A stretch of DNA of 64,000 bases, taken from NCBI GenBank assembly GCA_009103225.1, contig RHPI01000585.1, positions 285,061-349,060 of the forward strand, written 5' to 3'. Origin of the DNA: Chlorokybus atmophyticus (Eukaryota > Plantae > Mesostigma and Chlorokybus algae). Shown one piece after another: positions 1-11,639 of the stretch. Position 1 is the stretch's first letter, and each line of letters opens with the position of its first letter. The notes under the pieces were generated by a model that did no database searches, was not told where the DNA came from, and saw only the letters and a program-made list of their open reading frames with translations. The translations under genes were made by a program, and so were the position numbers.

Positions 1-1609
1 TGATATGTGACATTGCTGCAATGTCATGTGATGCTAAGATACTGTCGTCCACGTACACCAGCAACCACACTTGGCCGTCTTTACTGATAAAGAGCCCAGA
101 CCGCCCATCTACTCTAGCTCCTTACTGAGCCATATGTGCCAGACTCTTCGCGCTTGCCTAAGCCCAAAAAGAGCCTTGTATAGCAAGCAAGCCTTGTGTA
201 GCAAGCAAGCCATGCTTGAGCCTCCCTCCTCAAAACCTGAAGGCTGTTGCACGTAGATTTGCTCATTAAGCTCTCCATATAGAGAAGCAGTCTACACGTT
301 CAGGTGGTGCAGCTTGAAGTCCTCTACAGCAACCTTTGCAAACAGTGCCATGAAGGTTGTGTGCTTACTAGCAGGCGCAAACACCTCTTTGTAGTTAATG
401 CCCTCCTTTATAGGAAGACCTTTGCCACAAATCGCGCCTTATAGCGCTCACTGTTGCCGTTGCCATTACGCTTGATCTTATACACCTACTTGACAAGTTT
501 CACAAGGCGTCAAGCCCATGTACCTTGTGGAACCTAATTAAATACCCAAGGTAGCGTGTAGCGAAGCAATCTCCTCATCCATGGCCTTACGCCACACCTC
601 TGCGTCTGAAGCTGTAATGGCCTCTTTGTAGGTGCATGGCTCCTTCTTCTCAGTGGTTTGAGCACTCATGGCCTGAAAACTTTGGTACAATTGTGTGTGG
701 CGCTATGTTTCTCACAAGGTAGCGTCTCCTGCTCATCCACAGATGCAATCTTATCCTCCTCTAGATGTGGCGAATCGCCAAAGACCTCCACATCGACAGG
801 TGGTGCGGTGATGACGTCCGGCTTATCAGCAATGTCCATGGTTGTAAATAGTGTTGGTGGTGAAGTTGCCACCATATTCTCGTCGAAGACAACATCCCCC
901 CGAACCATAATCTTCTTGTTGTCCTCAAGCAAGATCCTGTATGCCTTGAGGTTTGGCTCGTACCTCACGAAGATGCCTGTCTCCCTTACATTCTCAAGCT
1001 TTTCCTCAGTTGCTTGGGGATGTATGGATACGCCTTGGCTCCAAACACACGCATGTGCGTCACATTAGGCTTCTCACCATAGTCACAACTCCCACGGGGT
1101 CTTGGCTTTGTTGCTCGTAGGGGCCCTTTTGCGAATGTAGTTGGCCGTGGCCAACGCCTCCGCCCACAAAGCTTTGTCCAATGTTGTATCTATAAGCATG
1201 GCAAGCGCTCCACAATCGTGCGGTTAAGACGCTCTGCAGCACCGTTTTGCTTAGGGGTGTAGGGTGCAGTAGTCTCATGCTTGATGCCATGCTCATTCAG
1301 GTGATTTTTTTTTAGGTGTGGTTGAGGTACTCAGAGCCCCGATAACTTCTCAACGCCAATACCTTTATCTTTGCTTGTGTAGCCAGCTAAGCCAGTGTCC
1401 TCTGGACTACAGCAGCAACATCCAACTTCGCAGCAACTGGAATGATAGCAGACAGTTTGCTGAAGTCATTAAAGAAAGTGGCAACATACCAACTCCCTCC
1501 AGTGGACGCAACTGGCATGGGATTGCACACATCTATGTGCACGAGCTGCAAGGGTGCTATATTAATGCGGGAAGAGGTAGGAAAAGGCTGGTTAAACATA
1601 CGAGGTTTG
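1..1609 (-). pseudogene. pol: Degenerate Ty1/copia pol fragment (integrase, SH3-like, RT)
   Basis: Peptides APLQLVHIDVCNPMPVASTGGSWYVATFFNDFSK (integrase, 1387-1599), YEPNLKAYRILLEDNKKIMVRGDVVFDE (666-968) and an ERYKARFVAK-like RT start near 420-460; many stops and frameshifts. Confidence 0.9.
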
Positions 1610-1977
1610 CTAGTATGTGATGCTTATAGTATAGTCAGCTTGTTGATGTTACGTAGACCATGTAACCCGGCTATGCTGTGGGATTTACAGTCAACACGAA
1701 TTATGGGAGTTATGGGTGTTATAACAGTTATGGTCAACTTTGACTTTTATTGCTGAGTAGTGTTAACTTCGACCAACTTGTTTGGATTAACTAGTTCTTG
1801 CTGGTGTTGACTAGCTTAATATATAAGTCACTATATGTGGCGCATATAGGGGGAATTGCCATAGGAACATACTTCTCTTTGTTGTTAACATGCTATTGCA
1901 CTTGTTATTCCCCCAATGTGAGCACATGTATGAAGTAGGGCGCATACATGCACATCAGTTCTTAACAGTTTGTGCTT
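1610..1977 (+). repeat. Diverged solo-LTR-like copy of the 11640/13322 LTR family
   Basis: Shares the ggagttatgg..gttatggtcaactttgact..gttgactag..tatataag core with the LTRs at 11640 and 13322 and ends in ..cttaaca; the left boundary and TSD are uncertain. Confidence 0.6.
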
Positions 1978-2849
1978 CTTTTTGTACATCATGTTGAATA
2001 CAATAATAGCGGTGTTGAGGTACAGCATAGTGCGTGAGTGTGTATCTGTTACATACTAAGCAATATGTCGCTCAGTTGGCTGTTGCTGCAGTTGCCACCT
2101 GCTTGGCAATGGGTGGTCTTTTAGTTGTTACACGCAAAATCTCTTTTGCACACGTGCGTTGTGACTATGTATACAATGTAGCTTCAAGTATGCATGCCGT
2201 TGCTCCTTGATTTCGTTGAGGCATTCCTGACGTTTTTGTGCCAGCTGTGCATCCTTTCAATGCTTTCTCTCATTGTTATTAGTGATGAGTCAAGCGTCAA
2301 CACTCACTTGTGTAAGTATGGATGCGTATGCAATCACCCCTGCACCCCAAATCAAGTAATAAGCGCAATACAACAATCCGCAACTACATTCATCTTGCAT
2401 GTTTCTCTTTGCGCCTTGCTACCCCATTAACAACCTCCAAATGCACTACCACATTAATAAAGCACTGCACGCTTCGCACCCACCATAAGCTCTGCATTCC
2501 TCTGAGCTACAACCTCAATGTGCGCTATTTGCGTGTTTAATACATCATTGGTTTATCAAAGCGCCTATCATCAAGCAGATTGTACATTCTTACTTTCACA
2601 CAACATTACTCGCGCTCAGCTACGACTTTAGCCAATGCAATATACAGATCTTGCATTTCAATGCCAATTGCTCGTTGCGCTACTGCAAAGCCAATGTACG
2701 CTATTGCGTGACTAATTCATGCTCCTACAAACTTTTCAACCAATCATGCTAAAATTTGCAACTTCAAAAACCTCCCAACCTTCCATTACTTTACCTCAAC
2801 TTCTCGCACGTAATATATAAGCGTTTAACGGCTCAACAAATCATCCCAT

Positions 2850-3660
2850 ATTGGACCCACCGGTGCTATTGTTTAAGTTGGAGGGCACTGGGCAATGAGC
2901 TGAGGCAATACAGCACATTAATGAAGTAAGCGAGGAGCAAGAGCTGCTTCTTATTCCTCTTGCCATCGAGACAACAACCCAGTTGCGCGCACACTATTGG
3001 GTACAGCATGCTCTTAGCAAGGTCCCAATATGGGTACTCAGCCTTGTCAGATACTGTTTAAACCATTGCTTCAACGAGGTACGTGCCGAGTGCTAATTGA
3101 ATAGACTCGGGCTTTTATTGCTAAGCCCGTACTTGGTGACACATCGTTTCACCATTTGTCCTTAACTAGTCGTAATCATGTGTGCTTCGCTGTTATGCTC
3201 TACCACCATGCTAAGAATCATCTTAATCTCCCCGAGGTTGCGCAATGCAAATGCTTACTGGAATCCGTGCTTTGTCTCCTTCAGGTCTTACCTTGCTTGG
3301 TCATAATGATGAGGTCGACCACATACACGAGCAAGTAAACCTTCTTCTCTTCATGATTAAAGAGCCCCGCAATTTTTGAGGATGCATTATAACTGAGTTT
3401 CTCCAACTTTGCTATGAGGCAAATGTGCCACAAATGTGGTGCTTATTGCAGCCCAAACGAAGTCTTTACAAAATTGCAAACCATGCCTGGCTCCCCTTCT
3501 ACATGGCCTAATGGTTGCTTAGTGTGGATCTCTTTCTCTAGCTCACATAAGAGAAAGCAGTTTGCACCAAATTGGTGACCCACCGTCTTGATCGACAACC
3601 ATGGTAACTAATGTGCAGAAGGTTGCATACTTACAGGTGCAAATACTTTCTCAAAATCTT
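2850..3660 (-). pseudogene. pol: Decayed copia RT segment from the family of the intact element at 57767
   Basis: The reverse complement aligns by eye with 61090-61750, e.g. catgaagagaagaaggtttacttgctcgtgtatgtgg is identical in both. Confidence 0.85.
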
Positions 3661-3863
3661 GTGAGTTCATGAAGCGCATGAAATGCGCGCCCATGAACTC
3701 AAGAACTCGTTGCTGAGTTATGAGACACTTGTGCCCCTAATGCCTTGGGCACTTGGGGGCACAAGCACTTATTGGGCGTGAGTTGCGAGTCTCAAGCTCC
3801 TTACCACGTCGCTTAAAACCCTAGCATGTCGGCGCCATCCTTGGTGTGGGTGGCGAGTGTGGT
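3661..3863 (+). repeat. Inverted copy of DIRS terminal repeat A
   Basis: Reverse complement of 4166-4369 and 8954-9158. Confidence 0.85.
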
Positions 3864-4447
3864 GCGCTTCAACTCACATACATATTATATGCGACACACA
3901 GCTCGTGCTGGGGGGTCGCTATGGGTCAATAGCACGGTGGCTATGCCCAGCACCCAAGTGCATTACACTACAAATGTGCAGTGTATAGATGCAGGCTGAT
4001 GTACTCACAAGTCTGCACTAGGGTGCTAGGCTACAACTATGAGAACTTTTTCTTCACGTTAGGTGCGAAAGTCACGCGCTTTTTCGGTCTTCGACATAGT
4101 GATGGCACCATCGTTGTTGATGCAGAGATCGAAGCCTAGAAAGCCTGTATACACCCGCTTAGTAAACCACACTCGCCACCCACGGCAAGGATGGCACCGC
4201 CGTGCTAGGGTTTCGTGCAACTAAGTAAGGAGCTTGTGACTTAGCACTCACTCTAGTGAGTGCTTGTGCCCCCAAGTGCTTAGGGCACTAAGGGCACAAG
4301 AGTCTCATAACTCATCAACGAGTTCTTGAGTTCACGGGTGCGCATGTCATGCGCTTCATGAACTCATATAACTCACACACGAGTTATATGCGACATACAG
4401 CTCATGCTGGGGGGTCGCTATGGGTCAATAGATGGATAAAAATAGTT

Positions 4448-5432
4448 TCAGCGCGTACCACCTAAGCCGAGGCTCCTCGTTAGAGTGTGCAACTCAGGCA
4501 ACGCAGCGCGCACATAGCCCTCAGCTGCATTAGAAGACTTCCAATGCCCGAATTGCTGCCACAAGTGCTGGGGCACACCAGCTTTCGCGGTTTGGGTCGC
4601 AGCTCTCGAATGGGCAGAGTATGTGCCAAAGCGCGTGGGGTCCTCCCCTACCGCCTTAATGCCTGCCTTCTTCCTACCAAGAATGGTGCCATATGGTACC
4701 ACGGTGTTGCGTATGACGCACGTTCCCCCCGCTCGTATAATGGAGCGCAGCAACTTGCCCGGACCCGCGTGCCGATATCCCGAGGCAAATAACAACTTTT
4801 TGGTGTGCATCACAAGGCACAAATCACCGCCCACAGCAGCTATATGCACTATGGCGCCCATACCGTGTTGATCGGTTTTGCTGCGCGGGATGATGAGATC
4901 CATGTGGCCTGGGCGAAACAATGTCCTCCGCATTGACCTTCGCTAGGTTGGAATATCGCATCATACCTGCAAATTGCAACAGCACCGCCACCGTTTGCAA
5001 CCTGGCCACCAAGTCCCACCCGTTGCAAGCAAAGTGCGAGACCATGGCTCGCAAGTGCTCAGGCGCGCAGGCGTCCTTCTTCCGCATGTTCAATGGGAGC
5101 AGCCTGGCAGCGACCTCACGCACCACAGAAACAAGTGCATGCGCAATGGGAGAGGCCTGGCCTACCATGGTATGCGCAGCATGTATGGCCAAAGAGGCAT
5201 GTTTCACAGGTGCCGGGGTGGTGGAATCCACCAACACCTTGGTCAGGAAAAGGGCCACTATGCCAGGGTTTGCTGGTAGGGCAGCCCAACCATGAGGCGT
5301 GCAGAACTCCACAAAGCGGCGCCAGTAGCCCTCATGGCCGCGGAGGGTGCTAGTAGCGCGTGACGCCGTGGCCATTGTCGGGTATAAGGTGCGCAGGCGC
5401 TCAATCTCATAGTCTCCAAGGACGTTGGGCAT
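4448..5432 (-). pseudogene. Tyrosine recombinase of the DIRS element (frameshifted near 4900)
   Basis: LQFAGMMRYSNL (catalytic R region), RSKTDQ (K), YSAHSRAA (HxxR-like), GHWKSSNAAEGY (H/W and catalytic Y). Confidence 0.9.
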
Positions 5433-5559
5433 GAGCGACTATAGGCTACGCTTAATAGCAGATGTAGACAGCATGTATCAATGGTCAGGACGCAAGTCAA
5501 TCCGCAATGCCCACATGCGACTATTAGGCAAGCCCTCTTGAAGTTCCGTGGCTTGAGGG

Positions 5560-5919
5560 CTAGGCCACAAGCAGGCTGGGCTTCTGGGTAGGCTTACAAC
5601 ATATGCGACAAATGGTGCCCACACCGCCGGGGCCGAGCACGGGCCACCAACATTGGGTTGTCCACTCGGGCACAATGAGGCACATGCGAGCCTTGCATTC
5701 GCGGGCATGGAGCAGGACAGTGCCAACACGGTGTGGTGGGGGATGGCACCAGTTGTTGCCACCACTCCAGTCAGAGTGAAAGGGATTGTCGGATGAGCTC
5801 GGACATGATAACGCCGAGTTGAAGGCCACACACACAATAGTGGCATCCGTGGCGGAGCGGTCTACATCAATAGGGCCCCACTTGCGAGCAAGCGGACCCA
5901 TGGGGTTTGCAAGGTCCAA
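5560..5919 (-). CDS. DIRS-type N6-adenine DNA methyltransferase-like (MT) domain
   Basis: GPIDVDRSA..NS..DNPFHSDWSGGNNWCHPPPHRVGTVLLHARECKARMCLIVPEWTTQCWWPVL matches the pattern of the MT domain that follows RNase H in DIRS1/PAT elements. Confidence 0.75.
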   Translation of the reverse strand: MDLANPMGPLARKWGPIDVDRSATDATIVCVAFNSALSCPSSSDNPFHSDWSGGNNWCHPPPHRVGTVLLHARECKARMCLIVPEWTTQCWWPVLGPGGVGTICRICCKPTQKPSLLVA

Positions 5920-7047
5920 CCGTTCCGATCCGGTGCTTTGGAGAGCGCGTCCGCCTCCTCATGGAGCTCACGTGGTAACCACTCCACATGCAAGCGGATG
6001 CAATGCCGGTGGAAATGTAAGAAAATACGGCATGCCACTTGCTGCAAGTGCTCGGCCTCACAGCCCCCTTTGCGCATAATGTAGTACACATTGCGGGCAT
6101 CGCCATGGCACAGCACCGTGCGTCCATGTAGCTCTTCCTCCACAGTGAGTAAGGCACGCTCAAGCCCGAGTAGCTCGCGATATGTTGATGAAGTCAAGCA
6201 CTCGTCCGGTGTGAATGTGCCTTTCGCCACGGGGGTATGCTGAATCTGCTTTCACCACGGCCAGGGTGGAGGCATGCGCAGCCTTGGAGCGAGCATCAAA
6301 TAGGAAATCGCCAATGTATGGCAGGACGCGGATGCCTTGTACACGCCAATAGCGCACCAATTGCTTTATCACCTTGGTGAATACGAAGCAAGCTGTGCTC
6401 AACTCAAACGGCAACGACTAAAAGTTGTACACTTTGCCCGCAAATGAGAACCCCAAGTAGCCCTAGAAGGCGGGGTGTATGTCTACATGATGGTATCCGG
6501 ACTGCAAGTCCGTGGAGAACAACCAGTCCTCAGGCTGCAAGTCTGGAATGCCGCGCACATCCTTATACTTGAACGATGTGTTCACGAAATAGGAGTTAAC
6601 GCAAGTCCATGATGAGGCGCAGCTTGCGGCCATCACTGACCACGTTAAGTGGGCTCACCACGAGGGGAGGGGGGGGTCACACACTCTTGTGCGGCCCCAC
6701 TATGCACTAGGTTGGCGATGGCAGCCGCAGTGAAGTCCGTAAACTCATGCACACCATTGTGGTTGGTGAATGCCCAGTCGGGGGGTGGGTCAGTCGCCCA
6801 TGGTAGCTTGTACCCGTACTCCACCCCCGAGAGCACCATGGTGGACTCACAAAATTGCTGCCATGCTGGCAGGGCCCCCCATAAGCGGTGCCTCATGTAT
6901 GGGCCTTCCACCACCAAATTGCTAGGTGCTCGTGCAAAGTCATGGTGTTTCCTCCAGTCCTCCACCAACTCCGACTCAATTGATGTGCAGTTAAGTGCCA
7001 CCGTGCACGCTGCCGCCGTTTCTGCACCCCGTCTGTCCAAGAAGTGA
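5862..7047 (-). pseudogene. DIRS reverse transcriptase / RNase H
   Basis: RLWGALPAW..GYKLPW (RT N-terminus), SGYHHVDIHP..YLGF..LPFELS..YIGDFL (RT), SSTYRELLG..ADALSK (RNase H); in-frame TAGs at 6463-6465 and 6418-6420 plus frameshifts. Confidence 0.9.
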
Positions 7048-7379
7048 GTGCATGCACTCTTATCTTGGCACGGTCATTTTTAATTAAAACGATGTCCGAT
7101 GGGGACGTTTAAGGTGTCAAAAGAAAACGTTTTTGAGCGCTGAAGCCCAGGAGCCAAATGTAAAAAGGCTTTCGTCTGGTCGGTGCCTCAAACGAAAGTT
7201 ATGAGCCAAACAAGTTGCAACCATAGCAAACCTTGTTCAAATTGCATGTTCTTGGGCTCTACTTGAGCGTCACTGTGTCATAATTATGAAATCAAAGCTT
7301 TAATCCATTTGAGGGTCATTTAAGACGTCAAAAGCAAGTACAGGCAATATATGCGCGCAAGTGTAAAGCTACTAGGCTG

Positions 7380-8054
7380 TCACAACACAGCTACGGGGCT
7401 ACTATGTGAGCAAATGGTCCCCACGCCCTGCAGGCTCACGGCAACATGCACGCAGGTGCCTAGGCTTCCCATAGATGTAGCAGATGCGGACATCCCGCTA
7501 GCCCCCAGTAGAAGCTGCTTGAGACTGCTTAGGAGCGGTTCGGTAACTGGTCTGCCCCGCACCCCATGCATAGGACCCAAAGTAGCGCGGGGGGGGGGGG
7601 GGGGGGGGGGNGGGGGGGGGGGGGGGGGTCTTACTGGCCCCGCCCCTTGTTGGGGTAGTAGGCAGGCTTTGCCTTGGGCTTTGGCTGCGCCGCAGCCACA
7701 TCCTTCAACGCCTTCTTCGGGCGCTTTGCCTCATCATCATCCACGGCGAGGGGGTTGCGCACCAGCTTGTCTACAACCTTCCAATCATGCTTGTTGGCCA
7801 CTTCCACATAGTGGAATTGCTTACACACCTCATCCAATGCTGCGCCCAGAGCACACATGAGCAACACGCGTTGCATGTTTCTACGGGCTTAAAGCCACCG
7901 CATCTAGCGCCAAGCGCACCCCCAATCCATTCCCATACCTATCATGTGCAAATGCGCATGCAAATGCAGATGTTGTGCCCTGTTGTGCTTGTTCCCTTGC
8001 TGTGGGGTAGTCGGAATGTGAATACAGAGGTTAACATACAATGGTGTTAAGTGC

Positions 8055-8135
<81 letters not shown>

Positions 8136-8921
8136 NTAAGGCCCATGATGCACGCATGTGCAAGCGTGCGTGGGCGAAGTCCACACCCACATGATCATGT
8201 GCCTACATGTGCATATGGCGGTGCTCAATAAAGAATGAGCCCACCTGTCATGTTCTCCTTTCGGCCTTTGGCGAAGTGGGGTCCCTCGGCAAGGTGCGTG
8301 GGCACTCGGGCGACGGAGGACGCCGCCGAGCCGAGACGAGCCGCCACCTCGAGGTGTTGTCGAGCCCGCTTCTTCAAATTCTCCTTTCAAGGGGTAACGG
8401 GCTCGCTGAAGCGGGTGGCCATGGCTCCCACTCGAGCATTGGGGTTGGTGGAGTCGCCGAAGGATGTCGCGACGAAGGATGCTCACAAGTAGGGGGTGGT
8501 TGAGCTCGTCACCGGGCTCATTACGAGGGATGGCGGGCGCCTTTCCACACTTTAAGCAAATGTTTTCCGCCTCCAACACCTCCAACCTCCTCGCCATGTC
8601 CTCCACGGACATCATGGACGGGGTGGTAGAGCGTCTTGGACTTGGAGCCCGCTTTTGGCGCTTTGGGCGAAAGTTCTCGTTCGACTCCTTAGCGGACTCC
8701 TCATCCTCACCTCCACCACCACCCTCCTTACTCACCTCCTCTTCTCTCCCACCGCCGGCGGGGCGCACCTCTCCCTCCTCTCTCTCCTTCCTTCCCTCCT
8801 CCACCTTTTGACGCGGACTCTTAGGCCGCGACAAGCGATTGGCGACTAGCAACGCCGCCGCGGCCGTGGCCGCCACCTCCTCTCCATCATAGTGGGCACT
8901 CGCTTGTGACCGTGTGACCAT
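7380..8921 (-). pseudogene. gag: DIRS ORF1 (gag-like) containing a spliceosomal intron at 7840-8244
   Basis: ATG at 8921 (MVTRSQAS); ENMT(G|CA)LDEVCKQF joins in frame across a GT..AG intron; homologous to the second copy at 9533-10030, which keeps a CYNCGEPG knuckle. Confidence 0.65.
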
Positions 8922-9532
8922 GGTGGAGGGCCGCCTCCGTCCACACCTTCTCCCCACACTCGCCACCCACGCCAAGGATGGCGCCGCCGTGCTAGGGTTC
9001 CAAGCGACTAGATAAGAAGCTTGTGATCCACAACTCACTCTGGTGAGTGCTTGTGCCCCCAAGTGCCTAGGGCACTAGGGGCACAAGAGTCTCATAACTC
9101 ACTAACGAGTTTTTGAGTTCATGGGCGCGCATTGCATGCGCTTCATGAACTCGTATGACGTGAGCAAACTCATGGTGCTTCATTCAGCCATGAACAAGGT
9201 CCTCCTCCATGCTAGTATAGCCACTGCACACGACTACGAAGCTTCATCAACAATGGAGCTCAGCAAGAGCCTCAACGGCATATCAACCGTAAAACGGCCA
9301 CAACTTATGCAAACAGTGTACAAATTATTTTTTATTTTGCTCAGCACAACACTCTCAGCGTTATTGTGATGGTCGTAACTTATTTAAGAATGTTCAAAGA
9401 CCCCCAGCAAAAGTTATGAGCAAAATGGCGAGTCTCACGTAGTGGATTACGAATCCAACACTTTTATTCACCTTGCTTGCAGTTTAATTCACCAAAGCAA
9501 CAGTCGTGAACGCAGAAAAGTGCCCCACCGGG

Positions 9533-10030
9533 CTATAGCATCAACGAGTGCAAGTGTACAGCTACTAAGCTGTCACAATAGCTACAGTGCTGCGCTACTA
9601 AACTAGTGGCCGCCACATCTTGCTGAGGGCTTACAGCAATAGGCACGAAGGGCCCCGGCTCCCCACAGTTGTAGCAAGTGCGCGAGTCGCGCTGGCCCTC
9701 CATGGATGCGGCCTGAGACTGCATAAGAGCAGTCCTGTGTCTTGTATGCCCCACATCAGATGCATATGACCCGAAGTAGCGGGGGGGGGAGGGGGGGTAA
9801 CGGCCCCGCTCCTTGTCGGGAGTGTAGGCCACCTTCGCCTTGGGCTTGGGCTGCGCCGCAGCCGCCTCCTTAATTGCCTTTTTAAGGCGCTTTGCCTCTG
9901 CATTGTTTGTAGCTAGAGGGTCTTTCGTGAGCTCCTCCACCACCTTCCAACTACGCTTGTTGACAACTTGAACATGGTGGAACTGCTGGCACACCTCGTC
10001 CAATGCTGGTGCACAGAGCAGATGTGAGCA
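9533..10030 (-). pseudogene. gag: Second, truncated DIRS gag copy (3' exon only)
   Basis: ALDEVCQQFHHVQVVNKRSWKVVEELTKDPLA..QPKPKAK matches 7631-7840; zinc-knuckle remnant RTCYNCGEPG. Confidence 0.8.
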
Positions 10031-10389
10031 ACGTTGGTTGCGGGCATTCATGCATAGGCTTAAAGCCCCTGGGTTTAGCGCCAGGTGCACCCACATTAAC
10101 ATCACCATCTCCCACATGCAAATCATCGACCATATGCAAAACCCCGCAATATAGCCCTAGGGAAAGCCGTTTGTGACTCGCAAACGGCTTGCCCCAATGT
10201 ATGATGCAGAAATATAACATATAAACCATAAGCAAAAATAGGTATTTTATTTTATGTGATCGCTTTTGCAAGCAGCCTTGCAAAAGTTTTGCCGTAAAAT
10301 TAGAGTGGTTACGGCAAGCTTACGGCCATTTCTCGTGTTCAACCCAAAGCAAAAAGTTGTTGTAACGTTTTTCATCACACCCCAACGTT

Positions 10390-10513
10390 TGGTAGTGTGC
10401 AAACGCACCCATACGCATGCGTTACCCGGCGAGGCTTGATGCAACATTGACATCAATGTTGCATCAAGCCTCGCCGGGTAACGCATCCGTATGGGTGCGT
10501 TTACACAACTACC
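10390..10513. repeat. Near-perfect ~100 bp palindrome
   Basis: Arms 10401-10450 and 10453-10502 are reverse complements with one mismatch around a 2-nt loop (CA); imperfect pairing extends about 10 nt further on each side. Confidence 0.95.
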
Positions 10514-11639
10514 ACGTACTGAGGGATGCTGGCAGCATTAACGTTGCAATGAGGTGAGTGTTCCAAATGAAGTTTTTAATTGGCCGTTGTAGCTTGATTA
10601 CAGTTGTGCGTACGATACCTTTCTCTACATGAGTATGATCTTTCGACAATTGCATAATGCAACTTTTAAAGTTTAAAATACCTGCGCCTGTCCATGGAGG
10701 TATTTCGCAAATCAAAGGAGGTATTTTGCGGCTCCTAGGCCGAAATACCAGCTAGCAGACGCACCGTTCGATTGGTGGTATTATACTATCTTTTGCATAC
10801 AAACTCACGCAACGCCAGCAGCCAAAGCGTTAACCTTTGCAGCTAAGACAAAGCTAATAGTCAGGGGTGCTTGGGCATTAGGCAAGAGATCGAGCGGTTG
10901 CAGATGAACGTAAGAACTACCAACGGCTAAAGCAAGACAAGGCTCGACAAAACATTATTGGTGTTCTTCACTTTAAATGAGCTTTGTGCGTGCGCCTAAT
11001 TGAGTATCAACCAGCTTCTCGTGCTGACACATATTCATGTGTTTGTTGTAAGCAGGTGTTGTTGCTGTTTCTTATTTTGTGGTAAAATCTAAGTAAGTTT
11101 TGTGTTTGGCCTCGCCACTGAAGGCGAGTACCGGTTGTCATGCTGACACATGTTTATGTGCCAATTGTCGGTGGTGTGCTATACTACTTATTACACTCTC
11201 TTGACTATGCCGGTTATACCAAGTGTGCTGCACTGCTCCAACCTACTCCAAGTGAGCTTTGTGTGCGGTCGTGTGTTAATGATGTACAGCGGCTTATGTT
11301 AATGCATGTTCATCTGGCAGTTGCAATAGATTTGCGCAGCAGTTGTGACATCTTGGCCTATCACTACTGCTGCTCAGCACTTATGGTGAGCTTCATGTTC
11401 AGGGCATTCACTTGTATCCACTGACATCCGTGTCTTATAGTGTTTGTTGCTGATGCGGATGTCAGAGTCTCAAGAGGTCCAGGCAATGTTTGAGAAGATT
11501 GTGGCTGGTGTTGGTTCAATTGCCAGGTTGGGCGATGCTTTCCGCCCGAGACGCTTCAATTGTTATGGCTTCAGAGGTCCTTGCATTTAGCACTGACATT
11601 GCAACATCAGCAATATCTTGAATGTATGCGCGTCCCGCC

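Larger units (their letters stand above)
3871..9158 (-). mobile_element. PAT/TOC-like DIRS-group tyrosine-recombinase retrotransposon, degenerate, with split direct repeats
   Basis: Order gag - RT/RH - MT - YR on the minus strand. Repeats: A1 8954-9158, A2 4166-4369, B1 4370-4431, B2 3871-3932, unique C 3933-4165. Confidence 0.9.

Noticed and set aside
7588-8135. Complementary poly-G (7588-7629) and poly-C (8057-8135) tracts as a functional duplex or G-quadruplex switch
   Set aside because: Both tracts contain or abut an N, and the homologous position in the second gag copy (~9781) has only a short G run. Their lengths are probably sequencing or assembly artefacts.
10520-11630. Possible host gene exons (also 13720-14870)
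   Set aside because: Some GT/AG-bounded segments exist (e.g. MSESQEVQAMFEKIVAG near 11460), but there is no recognisable domain or consistent phase path.
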